Below are positions 52,330 to 64,000 of a stretch of 64,000 bases of DNA, piece after piece. Source of the stretch: Octopus sinensis (lineage: Eukaryota); assembly GCF_006345805.1 (NCBI RefSeq), contig NC_042998.1:164672001-164736000 (forward strand), written 5' to 3'. The position numbers were made by a program, and so were the translations under genes. The notes beneath the pieces were generated by a model that saw only the letters and a program-made list of their open reading frames with translations, was not told the origin of the DNA and searched no databases. The first letter of the stretch is position 1. Each line of letters opens with the position of its first letter.

Positions 52330-52870
52330 TGTGTGACAGAAATGTCAGTGGATTTAATGCTAAAACAAAGCAGGATAGATTATCTCCATGGAGCATTCCT
52401 TTTGAATGGTTTGTGGCATTAAGAAAATTCTTTTGTTTCCAGTTACAAATGTGAGAAGAGTTGACCAGATGTTTGTGAACCTTCCATTGAGGTAGTAGAT
52501 ACTTTTACTATGTAACTCTATCTTGCATGAATGAAGAACAGAATCAAAAGTCCTTCTGTAATCAAGCCCCTTTGTTAATTTTAGTAAGCAGAGATTTATC
52601 AAACACAATTCGACCTCTTCCTACATTCCCTTCTCACATTTCTGTTCATCAGTTACTGCCTTGTTGATCTCGCAATTGTCTTCGATTTAAACAGCTTCTG
52701 ATGTATATACACAATACACAGGCAACAGTAGGCTTATATATTTTCTGCCAAGTCAGTATATGTTTGTATTTGACAAGCCAATTCAATAGTTTAGTCTCAT
52801 CTTCAATAGTTCGTTTATTGTAAACATCAGTTACATTCTGTTGAACGCCAATACCGTGTACCAGAATCAA
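52330..52870 (-). mobile_element. Old R4/Dong-type RT fragment
   Basis: LDYRRTFDSVLHS (52528-52568) resembles WIDYKKAFDSVPHS; upstream IYKPTVAC resembles NYRPITC. Confidence 0.65.
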
Positions 52871-53299
52871 ACTATTTGGCTTCTATCTGGTTATCTTACA
52901 TTATAAAACTTTTCCATAGGTTTGGGGAAAGATTTAAATATTATTGTATGTCTTATTGTTGTTAATGCATATTAAATTAGGATTGTAGTTATCACTAAGT
53001 ATATTATAATCAAAACATGATAAACAAGAGACAAGTATATACTGTTGTGCGCATATAAATTATTATGAATACAAAAGGTTATGTTAATTCTAACAAATTT
53101 GTATTATTAAAACTGATCCCACTGGTCAAAGAGCTTCTTTCGATTATGGTTTAGAATCGACCACAAAAAATTTTGTATGCTAATTTCAAAACTCTTAGGC
53201 TTTTCAGAAACAATGTATTTTGAGACATTGCCAATTGTGTTATTTTCCTCTATACATATATTTGATTTGTACTGAATTCTTTTAGAATAGTTGCTCAGA

Positions 53300-54800
53300 T
53301 CCTTGTCATTTAATCAGCATGGCTCGTGAATATAAAAAAATCATCCATGCCTTTTATGCTATGTTTATAGTAATTTTATTACTAAGACTCAGAGACGAAC
53401 TAACACTTCGGATTTCGGATCTTATAATAATATGCTATATATATTTGGTTGTCATAGAAGTGATTGAAACTAAATGTGGCTGTCATGAATCTTACTCTGC
53501 TCGTTCAAGTGGACTACAGGAGTGGTAGGACAAATAGAGACGTGCAATAACTTTTGTCACACCTGAGATATGGATGCAACAAAGAGATCATCATGCTGTT
53601 TGCTACTTTTGTAATGTTAAAATAATTTTTTTTATCACACTGAACAAACACAGTAGTGTCTATCCAAAGATGCATTCAGCAAGCAGAACAGTCTCACTTG
53701 ATGAAATATTGGCCATACTCTTTCACCCAATGGCTAAGCAATGATCAAAGTGCTGGGCATTTTACAGATACTGAACACATTTCTGAATAAATTTAAAATC
53801 AAAGATGTCTGATCAAAAACGTTTGAATGACCATGTTAAAGACTTATCTTTGTCGTTGTCTAAAGCGAAGTCCAAGCCTATCACTACATCAAGACTAGAG
53901 GAAGGTAATTTACTTGCTCAAAACACCAAGTGACTCAGCTATCGAAAAAGAATTTTAATTTGGTTGTATGCTTTACAATTTCAATGGCATCTATGAACAC
54001 TTTCGCAAACATATTTCAGACTCACTTTAGCATCTATTTGGCACAATTTCCTCAATTTATACAGAAGAAATTTGAAAGCAGTTCTGCAACATACTCTGTA
54101 TCGATATATTGCTTGCTCCCATTCAATACAAGATTCGTCAGTGGAATCTCAAAGATATTGGTATGCTAATGAGATTCTGTAGCAAGATTTAGTAGTGTTG
54201 TTCTTATGTTTAGTTAATAGTCATATAAACACGGATAATTATGAAGTGACCAGTGTCTCGTTCTACCGATCAGTTGATCTTAAGAAGATATCTCCGCTAC
54301 CTCTCCACATTAAACTTAGTTTAAAGAAACGTTTTTGCAAATCAATGACTAAACATTATTCATGAGGATTTCCATACTTTTTCTTAAAAGATTACGAAAT
54401 GTGAGTGTAGCAAAGTAATAGAGAGAATTTTTGTGGAGCTGTAAATCGGAGAAGTTTTAAATGGTACCGAATTTGAGAGAAAGAAAAAAAAAAGAAAACT
54501 TAGTATGCTGGAAGTAAATGCTTGGCAAACTTTTAAATGGTTATGCGATAACTCTGTAGTTTCGATACACTTTGAATATAAAACAGGAATGCCACAACTG
54601 AAACGTCTTTTATTATATATATGCTTAAATTTGGTTGATCTGGGGTTAAACAACAACAATCTATAACAATGTCTGACATTATACAGATATAGTTTTGGTA
54701 CACTGAAAGCGACCTTTGCCACTTAACTCTCTAGATTAATAATCATTAAATGACACTTTTGTGTTTAGCTCAGATCGATGACACTCTCCATTAAATCAGT
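53300..54800 (+). mobile_element. Highly decayed DNA transposase, probably Chapaev3/CMC-type
   Basis: WMQQRDHHAVCYFC (53571-53612), RLNDHVKDLSL, LKAVL, PLHIKL (54300-54320) and AWQTFK occur in order. The family name is from memory and needs a search. Confidence 0.7.
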
Positions 54801-55528
54801 AAATTTTTCTATCTCTGTTCAACATGGTGGTGGTATTCGATTTTAGATCAATAAATACTTTAATCACTCTCAGTTGTAATCGAGTTGAAGTCACCTCTAA
54901 AATGTTGCATCTCTTATTCAATGCTCACGAAAAGACCAATAAAAAAAATTAAATCACTAAGTGTGATTTAACTCAAGGAATTGTTCAGTCTTGAGATCAA
55001 TATATTTTTCTTATGACTCACTATCCAGTATCATACTTTACTTTTGAGACACCAGATAACTTTGGAATATTATTCTAGTTGATCTGTTGTTAAGAAAACA
55101 ACATAAAATGTGCGGCAATATTTGTGCCTCGTCTTTGCTTTTTGTTCTCTCCAACGTGAACCTCCACAAGCATACAGGAAAGCAATAAACTGTCGCTTGA
55201 CCACTAGAAAAGGCGGCAAAATCTTCCTCAAATTACACCCTAGGCTTGGACACAGCGGGCCTCATGGGTCTGGAAGCCCACTTCTGATCTATGTATATTG
55301 TGGCTTACTGTCCATAAATATGGGACCCAGTGCACTGATTTTTCCGGGACCTATGTTCTTAAAATGGAAGAATAATGTAGTTCACTGCCTAAAGTTAAAT
55401 GAGATGGTCACGTCCGTAATGCTTTTGGTTATAAACATCGCCTGTACTTGGGATGATATGAGGTTAAACAACAATATTTAAAGTGGGTAATTTCTTACAT
55501 AAATATTATTTTTTTTTACCGCCCGACG

Positions 55529-55575
<47 letters not shown>

Positions 55576-55589
55576 GTGTGTGTGTGTAT

Positions 55590-55800
55590 GTATTTGTGTG
55601 TCTGTGTTTGTCCTCCCACCATCGCTTGACAAACAATGTTGGAGTGTTTACGCCCCCGTAACTTAGCGGTTCGGCAAATGAGACCGATGGAATAAGTATT
55701 AGGCTTACAGAGAATAAGTCCTGGGGTCGATTTGTTTGACTAAAGGCGGTGCTCCAGCATGGTCGCAGTCAAATGACTGAAACAAGTAAAATAATAAAGA
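55590..55800 (+). mobile_element. SINE B module
   Basis: Collinear with the other B modules; preceded by a (TA)(TG) tract. Confidence 0.88.
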
Positions 55801-56016
55801 ATAAGCCAAAGGTGATAATGATGACGTAATGGTTACTTACAATTGGCCTCAATATATTTCCTGATACTTTTTTTAATGTAGCAACCTCAGAAAGTCAGAA
55901 CTTGTATGACGGAATTAAAAAAAAATAATTGTTTAATAATTGAAAATTTTCTATCCATGTCATCTACTGACACACCCAGTCGTAATAGTAGCTGTCTATT
56001 TTGAGTAAGGGGTATT

Positions 56017-56082
56017 CTAGGGTTAAGGGTTAGGGCTAGGGTTATGGTTAGGCTTTAGGATTAGAATTAGAGTTAAGTTTAG
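56017..56082 (+). repeat. Degenerate telomere-like (TTAGGG)n tract
   Basis: CTAGGGTTAAGGGTTAGGGCTAGGGTTATGGTTAGG...; about 11 decaying units. Confidence 0.7.
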
Positions 56083-56249
56083 ACTGCACGCTAAAGTGTA
56101 AATGACCAGGAAGACCATTTTATCTTTTATTCACGGTGTCTAAGTTTACGTCATCTTACGTGGTCATTTTAAAGTAAGGGTAATTCAAGGAAGGCTTCCT
56201 TCTTTCAGAAAGAAAACATTAATGTAAAAGGCATTTCAATCTGAAGGGG

Positions 56250-56366
56250 AGAATCCAAAATGTGAAGAGGAAAAAACGGAGAGAGAAATAATGAGATGCA
56301 ACATAACTAGAGGGCAAGTAAAAAGAAAGCTCAAGATAAACAGATAGAGAGGTGGGAAAAGACAGA

Positions 56367-56439
<73 letters not shown>

Positions 56440-56619
56440 AGAAGATAGAGGGGAAGAGAAAGGAGAGAAGAAGAGATGGAGAGAAAGTGAAGAGACAGAA
56501 CGCAAAGAAATTGAACGTACAGCAACAGATTATAAATAGAGGAAATGTAAAGAGACTGAAATACAGAAACTGAACGGAAGGAGATGGAACGGAGAGAGAA
56601 AGGGTGGAGATATAGAAGA

Positions 56620-56663
<44 letters not shown>

Positions 56664-56810
56664 TAGTGAGAGTGAAAGAGGGAGAAGAAAGAGAAGGCGG
56701 TAGAGAGAGGGGGAAATAGAGAGGGCGTAGAGAGAGGGCTGTAGAGAAAGGGTGCATAGAGAAAGGGAGGAGAATGAGGAAGGAGAGACATTGAAGAGAC
56801 AGAACATGAC
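56250..56810. repeat. Purine-rich (GA)n tract
   Basis: Directly visible; similar tract at 30560-31170. Confidence 0.9.
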
Positions 56811-56842
56811 TATATTATAGTATAAGAGATTGAAAATAATTA

Positions 56843-57616
56843 TTTCTACTCTAGGCGTAAAGCTTTGAAAATTTTGTGGGGTGAAGGGGTCTAGTCGATT
56901 ACATCAACGCTAGTGCGTAACTGGTACTTATTTTTTCGACCCTGAAAGGATGAAAGGCAAAATCGACCGTGGCGGAATTTGAATTCAGAACGTAACGGCA
57001 GACGAAATACCTATTTTTTACTACCCACTAGGGGCTAAACACAGAGGAGATAAACAAGAACACATAAACGGATTAAGTCGATTATATGGACCCCAGTGCG
57101 TAACTGGTACGTATTTAATCGACCCCGAAAGGACGAAAGGTAAAGTTGACCTCGGCGGAATTTGAAATCAGAACCTAGCAGCAGACGAAATACCTATTTC
57201 CTATTTCTTTACTACCCACAATGGGCTAAACATAGAGTGGACAAACAAGGACAGACAAAGGGATTAAGTCGATTACATCGACCCCAGTACGCAATGGTAC
57301 TTAATGTATCGACCCCGAAAGGATGAAGGGCAAAGTCGACCTCGGCGTGATTTGAACTCAGAATGTAAAGGCCGACGAAATACCTATTTCTTTACTGCCC
57401 ACAAGGGGCTAAACATAGAGGGAACAAAGAAGGACAGACAAACGGATTAAGTCGATTATATCGACCCCAGTGCGTAACTGGTACTTACTTAATCGACCCC
57501 GAAAGAATGAAAGGCAAAGTCGACCTCGGCGGAATTTGAATTCAGAACGTAACGGCAGACGAAACACCGCTAAGCATTTCGCCCGGCGCGTAAACGTTTC
57601 TACCAGCTCGCCGCCT
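56843..57616 (-). repeat. Head-to-tail multimer of four SINE-C units with a single A-box head
   Basis: Units at ~56843-57010, 57011-57190, 57192-57380 and 57381-57616; recurring junction GACGAAATAC|CTATTT. Confidence 0.9.
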
Positions 57617-58103
57617 TAGAGATTGAGAATGATGAAACAGAACTAAAGATGTGTGGAACAGAGAGAGAGAGAGGGGAGTGGAAGAAAGAGATGGAAATTG
57701 AGAGAGTATGAGAGAGGGGAAAATGTAAGAGAGGAAACAGACAAACAAAGAGGTAGAGGACCTAAAGCAATAGATCTACAATATAGAGATGGAATGTAAA
57801 GCGGCTGAATGGAAACAGATTTAGAAAGAACATAAAAAGATGGAATATAAAAGGGGTAATATGAAGAAATCAAAACATAAAGAAATCAAACGTAGATGGA
57901 CAACGTAAATTGCTGAAAATGCAGAGGAGGAGAGAGAGAGAGAGAGAGAGCACGTCAAGAAACGTAACTTAGTGTCACGCTCGAAACGTCACACTTATTT
58001 TCCCATTTGAAACTTTCACTAGGTGTCAATCCAAAATATTCACTGTGTACGTCCAATTAGCTTTTATTGTTTTCTTTCCTGTTTTTCTTTTAAAATTTGC
58101 CTG

Positions 58104-58139
<36 letters not shown>

Positions 58140-58164
58140 ATATATATACATACATACATATAAG

Positions 58165-58975
58165 AGGATGATCTCTAAGTGGACATCCATTATGCTAGAA
58201 GTCGACCCCTATGGTCTTACCACTAAGAAATGAATGTTCTTAAGAAAATTTAGCAAACGCCAGAACGAAAGCGAGCAAGGCAAATGAAAAAATACAAAAT
58301 ATACAGATTAATCACAAACCCGGTTTCGTTGCTATCACTTACGTAATTTCTTACGTAGATGTCCGCAACTCGTCAGAGTGATCGTCATAGCAAAATATAA
58401 TTTGCAGAAGTATACACGAGACGTCTGCATGAGATTGAACATGTATATAGTTCTACCAATTACATCTGAAGGTTATATTTCAAGAGTCTTCGTTTTGGCG
58501 CGCCAAAATACCGGAAATAATTCTGCGGAAAATAATTCTCTGCACTTAATTTTGCCGGTTAGAGAACATGTTTATTTAAATTTAAAATAATAAGGGTGAA
58601 AAATTGGATATTAATTTGATTAATATCAATTTAAAACCAGTGGTCTAGCATATAGAAAAATCTGAAGATTTTTACGTAAGTTGTAACAACGAAACTGGTT
58701 TGTGATTAATCTGTATATTTTGCATCTTTTCATTTGTCTTGCTCGCTTACATTCTGGCGTTTGCTAAATTTTCTTGAGAGCTTCCTTTCTTAGTGGTAAC
58801 ACCATAAGGAGTCGACTTCTAACATAATTGATGTCCACTTACTGGTCATCCCTCTGATATGTATATAATATGATTTTTCTGAATCTTCAGATTTTTCTAT
58901 ATGCTAGACCACTGGTTTACAATTGATATTAATCAAATTAATATTCAATCTTTTACCTTTATTATTTTAATTTAT
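58165..58975. repeat. Two interleaved inverted repeats (A...B A' B')
   Basis: A at 58165-58345 pairs with A' at 58673-58860; B at 58575-58670 pairs with B' at ~58885-58975. Confidence 0.85.
58311..58382 (-). ncRNA. Type-I hammerhead ribozyme candidate, intact core
   Basis: Minus strand: ATCACT-CTGACGA-GTTGC(33 nt with internal hairpin)GCAAC-GAAAC-CGG-GTT-TGTGAT. Stem I ATCAC/GTGAT, stem II 5 bp with G10.1-C11.1, GUU cleavage triplet. Confidence 0.72.
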
Positions 58976-59138
58976 ATATATGTATTATACATATATATAT
59001 ATATATATATAATATATATAATATATATATAGTATATATATAATATATATATATATACATACATATATACTACACGCATATATATATGCTCAGTCTATAT
59101 CTGCTCTGCGTGCATTATATATATATATATATAATAAT

Positions 59139-59188
<50 letters not shown>

Positions 59189-59737
59189 TGTGTGTGTATG
59201 CGTGTGTGTGTGTACATACTCGTGTTTATTAAAAAAACACGTCTTAATTTAATGTAATAAGGCGGTACAAGATCAAGACGACACTAAACGAAATTGGAGA
59301 AAAAAAAAGGAAAGAGAATAGAAAAGGAAAAGAATCTGTCGTGACGTGCAAGAGTAAGTCGGGTGGCGGGTAGTGGAGTTGCGTCGATTGTCAATGAATC
59401 TTTAATATCACCTGAAGAAAGTTTCCGCTGGCGATTTAACCTTGCGGATTATAGCGGATTACTGTTCAAGTATGAACAGGTGCAATGTTCTCAAATAGAA
59501 GCTAGGAATTAAGAAATAAGAGTGGTGGAGATAACGAAAGCAGAGACACATGGGTAAAAGTAGAATGAAATTGTGGGGTGAAAGGAGGGCGTAGAGAAAT
59601 TGTATATGAGTGTGTGTGAGTGTCTGTGAGAAGAGAGAGAGATAGAGAAGCAGAGAGGGGCGCTTCCCCTTCTACATGTATGTGTGTATATGTGTCTATA
59701 CATATATAAATACATATACACATATCCATCTATATAC

Positions 59738-59813
<76 letters not shown>

Positions 59814-59936
59814 TAATATATATATATATACCAATATATATATGTATATCATATATATGTATATATATATATATATATACATATGTATACTATGTATACA
59901 TATATATATATATGTATGTATTATTATGGTATAATA

Positions 59937-59984
<48 letters not shown>

Positions 59985-60089
59985 CATATATATAATATAT
60001 TACATATGTGTGTGTGTGTATGTATACATGCATACATACACACAAGCACAAAACACACACACACACACAACACAGAATATATAAGTCGA

Positions 60090-60560
60090 AATAACCATTA
60101 ATTAAAAGTATATACATGTAATAAGTAAAACCTAGGCTAGCCTAAGTTGTGTTTATGTTAGCCTACGAATTCGGTAAATTGTTAGGCAAGCCTAGGCTGC
60201 TTTTTGTATTAGAAATAATTTCAAATAACGTACTGTTGTCTACCTTATGCCCAACGTCGGTGTCACTCGTTGAGGCCAGTATGGGAAGAGGAAGAGATTA
60301 CACACTAGATGTCGATAGTTGGGGATCGTCAGCTGACTCCTGTTGTGATGGTGTAGATCGTTGTACGAACTTGTCTAAAGTTCCTTGAATTGTCATTTTC
60401 TTCTTCTCTTCAAAGATTTGGTAATAAGGTGCAATAGTATCTTGACACTCCCCACCCAATATTTTTACAAAACTTTGTACATTGGGATCCATTTCCTCAA
60501 ATAAAACAAGACATTTATCTAAATGAGAAAATGCCTCTTGCATTTTCTTCGCCGTAAATC
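60090..60560 (-). mobile_element. Tigger/pogo transposase C-terminal fragment and 3' subterminal region
   Basis: FEEMDPNVQSFVKI...YYQIFEEKKKMTIQGTLDKFV resembles the Tigger1 FEAQDPNVERYTKV...YDEKKRATTQTSLDRFF C-terminus. Confidence 0.8.
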
Positions 60561-61394
60561 GGCGAGACTGAGGATCAATGATACAAATTGCATTTTAACA
60601 TGAATTTTAATATGCTACACAAATTATACGTTTCTATTGCTTTTTTTTTTATTTATTTCTCGGAGACGAAATACGAACGTAACCAATCGATACAACTCGG
60701 ATCTAACACTACAGTATAGTATGAACGTTATTACTGTTTTGCCAGACGACGTAAATTATTACAGTATTTAATATTTAATTAATATTTTAGAATGATCGAC
60801 GTATCTTTGGAAATGACGTAAATCGAAACGGCGTAACCAGCGGTATATGTGCATACACATATTCACATAAACTAACACACACAAAACAAACTTCTATACC
60901 TTCTCTCTCATACACATACTTGTGTGTGTGTGTGTATGTGTATGAGGGAAAGAGAGAGAGAGGGGGAGGGGGAGAGAGAGTGAGAGAAAGAGCGAGAGAG
61001 AGAAAGATAAAGAAGGTATGTGATTTATTATAAGCCATGTCATTTGTCACTTCCACTCCTACCGACTGACATATGAGAGTGAGGGCTGTGTTGATAACCA
61101 ACGAAACAATGAATGGGATCTTAGCGCCATTTTACAGGTTACTGCGTGCTTTTCAAGGGATAAAAAAATGCTTCCTTCTTGACCCATCTCTTCCTCCTCC
61201 CTTGTATTCATTTTTCGACGGCTTAGAAGCTTATCACTGTTGTCCTTGGTGCTGCTGTTTAGCCCTAGGTGAGTCTTGAAACATAGACCTATAGTGGAAT
61301 ACGATCGAACTACGACTACTCTACCAAAATCACCCCAAACACTTTAACAAATGTAGATCTAACTCCAAATTTCTCTGTATGTGTACCCCAACCT

Positions 61395-61726
61395 CTGCTT
61401 GACAACTGGTGTTGGTCTGTTTACGTCTGCGTAACTTAGCATTCCAACAATGACAGCAATATAAAAGTACCAGGCTTAAATAAAATTTATGTTCTGGGGT
61501 CGATTATAAAATATATCTTTTTTCTTGGTTTTGGATATATTTTTATCTTTTACTAGTCTTAATCATTGGACTGTGGCCATGCTGGGGCACCACCTGAGGC
61601 ATTATTAGTCGAAAATTATCGACTTAAATTTTATTTGTCTAGTACATATTCTATTGCTGCCATAGCCAGATTCCTAAGTTACGGGTATGTAAACAAACCA
61701 AGACCAATCGTCAAGTAGTGATGTGT

Positions 61727-61770
<44 letters not shown>

Positions 61771-61940
61771 ACACATTTGAAGGGCTTCAACACAGTTTCC
61801 GTTTACCAAAGTTACTCCCAAGATATTGGTCAGCACAGGGCTATAGTAGAGGACACTTGCTCATGGTACTAATCAGTGGGACTGAACCCTCAAGCACATG
61901 GTTGGGAAGCAAGCTTCTTAATCACACAGCCACGCCTGTG
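61395..61940 (-). mobile_element. Degenerate SINE modules: B(+) 61395-61500, then B(-) 61550-61725, (CA)n, A(-) 61775-61940
   Basis: Motif similarity to families A and B. Confidence 0.7.
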
Positions 61941-62392
61941 TCTTTGTATATATTTTTTAAAAGACGGTGGTACATAAAGTCTGATCTGAGTGAACATTGG
62001 CTGCAGTTTCTAGTAAATTAAGCGAGTACGGAGCGACTCCTTGATTGTGTTGTCAATATAAACTTATTTTACTTCCGTCAGGTGTGTAGCGGATATATAG
62101 TAACACAAGAATCCAGCAAGTAGTTGCAAATATGCACAGAGGCTCACACCCATACTGCACACATATACAAAGAAACGTGCATGGGCATATACACATAATT
62201 TAAAACAAACAAACTAGTGCGTGCAAGCATACACATGTACACACACACACACACCACGCATGCGCGAAGTGAAATATATTGCTCTGAATTTATACAGCTG
62301 TGTATATGTATGTGTGCGTGTAAAAACAGATAGATAACCAGACAGACAGACATATAGATAGATAAATAAATAGATAGATAGATAGATAAGCA

Positions 62393-62439
<47 letters not shown>

Positions 62440-62441
<2 letters not shown>

Positions 62442-62772
62442 TGTAGGCTTGGCTGTGTGGTAAGGAGGTCACTTCCCAACCCCATGATTCTGGGTTCGGT
62501 CCCACTGCGCGACATATTGGGCAAGTTTTTTCTATTATAGCCTCCGGCCGACCGGTATGTTGTGAGTGGATTTGGTAGACGGGAACTTATAGAAGCTTGT
62601 CGTATATATACGTTTGATAACCAGTGTTGGTGTGTATGCATCCTCGTAACCTGGCGGTTCGGTAAAAGAAAACGATAGAATAAGTACATAGCTTAAAAAA
62701 AGGAGTACTGGGGTTGATTCATTCGACTAAAAATTCAAGGTGGTGCCACAGCATGGCCATAGTCTGATAAAA
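62440..62772 (+). mobile_element. Bipartite SINE A-B
   Basis: GGCTGTGTGGTAAGGAGG head, GGGTTCGGTCCC, B module. Confidence 0.85.
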
Positions 62773-62787
62773 GATATATATATAAAT

Positions 62788-63039
62788 ATATTCTGTTGTG
62801 TCTGGGGAGCGTCATTCTCTTTTAGTGCCTTATTATTTAACACACTCACCGGTAAAATTTCCACTTATTTCTTATTTTTATTTTGTAACATTTTCGTTGC
62901 GTCTTGCAACCTTTTCAATAGTCTTGACTCTCTTTATTTTAGAAAATAAAAATAAGAAACAAGTGGAAATTTTACCGGTGAGTGTGTTAAATAATAAGGC
63001 ACTAAAAGAGAATGACTCTCCCCAGACACAACAGAATAT
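62788..63039. repeat. Near-perfect inverted repeat, 97-bp arms, 58-bp spacer
   Basis: 62788-62884 versus 62943-63039; I count 2 mismatches. Confidence 0.95.
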
Positions 63040-63452
63040 GCTTCAACACGCGAACTCATATAAAGAATCTTGCAAACCAAATCCCAAAACGAAATATATA
63101 TATATATATATCTTTTATCACACACACACAGAGTATATCCTGTGTGTACAGGATATACGATTTCTATTCTCAAGTTTAGTGGACCACGTAGATTACAGCA
63201 TCCAGTCTACTTCGAGTTCAGTGGTTCAGTTATTACTATACTTAGTAGTATTAATAGTTATGTTATTCGGAGCAAATATAGGAGAAATTACGATAAACGT
63301 AAGTTTATATGTCATTTATTCCTACGTACGTTACTCCTTTGTGGTTGTTCGGAATTCTGCATTAACAACAGATTATCGGGGAACATTTCTGTATGCATTT
63401 CTGAACGATTCATAGGCTGTTGCAATTTCAAGCAGTACACCAATATATTGGT

Positions 63453-63772
63453 GGAGGCGCAATGGTCCAATGGTTAGGGTAGTGGAATCGCGGTCGGAGG
63501 ATCGCGGTTTCGATTCCCGGACCGGGCATTGTGAGTGTTTATTGAACGAAAACACCTGAAAGCTACACGAAGCTCTGGCAGGGTGTGGTGGCGACCCCTG
63601 TTGTACTCTTTCGCCATAAGTTTCTCTCACTCTCTCTCTTCCTGCTTCTTGAGTAACGCTGCGATGGACTGGCGTCCCGTCCAGCTGGGGGGGGGACACA
63701 TACGCCACAGAAACCGGGAAACCGGGCCCATGAACCTGGCTAGCCTTGAAAAGGGCGACGAAAGGTAAGGAA
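63453..63772 (+). mobile_element. SINE family D variant with a different 3' half; about 10-bp TSD
   Basis: Same head as 11916. Carries CTGCGATGGACTGGCGTCCCGTCCAG. CAATATATTG repeated at 63441-63450 and 63777-63786. Confidence 0.85.
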
Positions 63773-64000
63773 ACATCAATATATTGTACTTTGTTCACTG
63801 TCTGCAACCTATTGGTCCCTGCTGAATCAATTGAAAGGGAACATGTGATGCTGTTAAACTGAGGTGAGAGATTAATTAATCTGTCTCCGTGCTTGTGTTA
63901 AGCATATGTATGTGCGTACATATGTAGTTTTGTGTGTGTTAGTGCATATGTATTAGCGGTCTGCATGTATATCTGTACACATGTATGAATGCGTGAGTGT

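Noticed and set aside
56843-57616. CRISPR-like regularly spaced repeats (also 13240-14310)
   Set aside because: Units are whole ~180-bp SINE bodies without unique spacers, in eukaryotic DNA with no cas genes.
57965-57997. GCTCGAAACGTCACACTT as a hammerhead 3' half
   Set aside because: The CUGANGA half is absent; at most a deleted relic.
59260-59420. Open frames beside splice-like signals on both strands (AGA|GTAAGT on +, TTTCTTCAG| on -)
   Set aside because: Each has only one good splice site, and the two readings conflict in strand.
62798-63415. 205-aa ORF taken as one gene
   Set aside because: Its first two-thirds are an inverted repeat and microsatellite; only 63180-63298 is kept, as a tentative exon.

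Overview
Eukaryotic, AT-rich, repeat-saturated DNA with no recognisable host protein-coding gene, no tRNA or rRNA gene and no CRISPR array. The very dense microsatellites and the SINE families resemble those I know from octopus (cephalopod) assemblies; the species call is an inference. The window holds: (i) the 5' part of a decayed Ty3/Gypsy LTR element (LTR, PBS, gag CCHC, protease, RT, RNase H) running off the left edge; (ii) decayed non-LTR retroelements, namely two R4/Dong-type pieces, a 5'-truncated RTE, a LINE remnant with APE and CCCH-finger traces, and a TSD-bounded ORF1-only L1/Tx1-like element inserted in a SINE head; (iii) mariner, Tigger/pogo, hAT-like and probable Chapaev3-type DNA transposon relics and MITEs; (iv) more than 20 copies of three or four tRNA-derived SINE families, some with clear TSDs and some in head-to-tail multimers; (v) many fold-back repeats, local tandem duplications and a 100-N gap. 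The most notable signal is a set of type-I hammerhead-ribozyme motifs from at least five sequence-distinct repeat families, mostly lying in inverted-repeat, Penelope-like structures; one has a fully intact core. A few splice-site-bounded open frames could be exons of a long-intron host gene, but they are unverified. The supplied ORF track uses bacterial-style start codons, and most of its ORFs are translated microsatellites.
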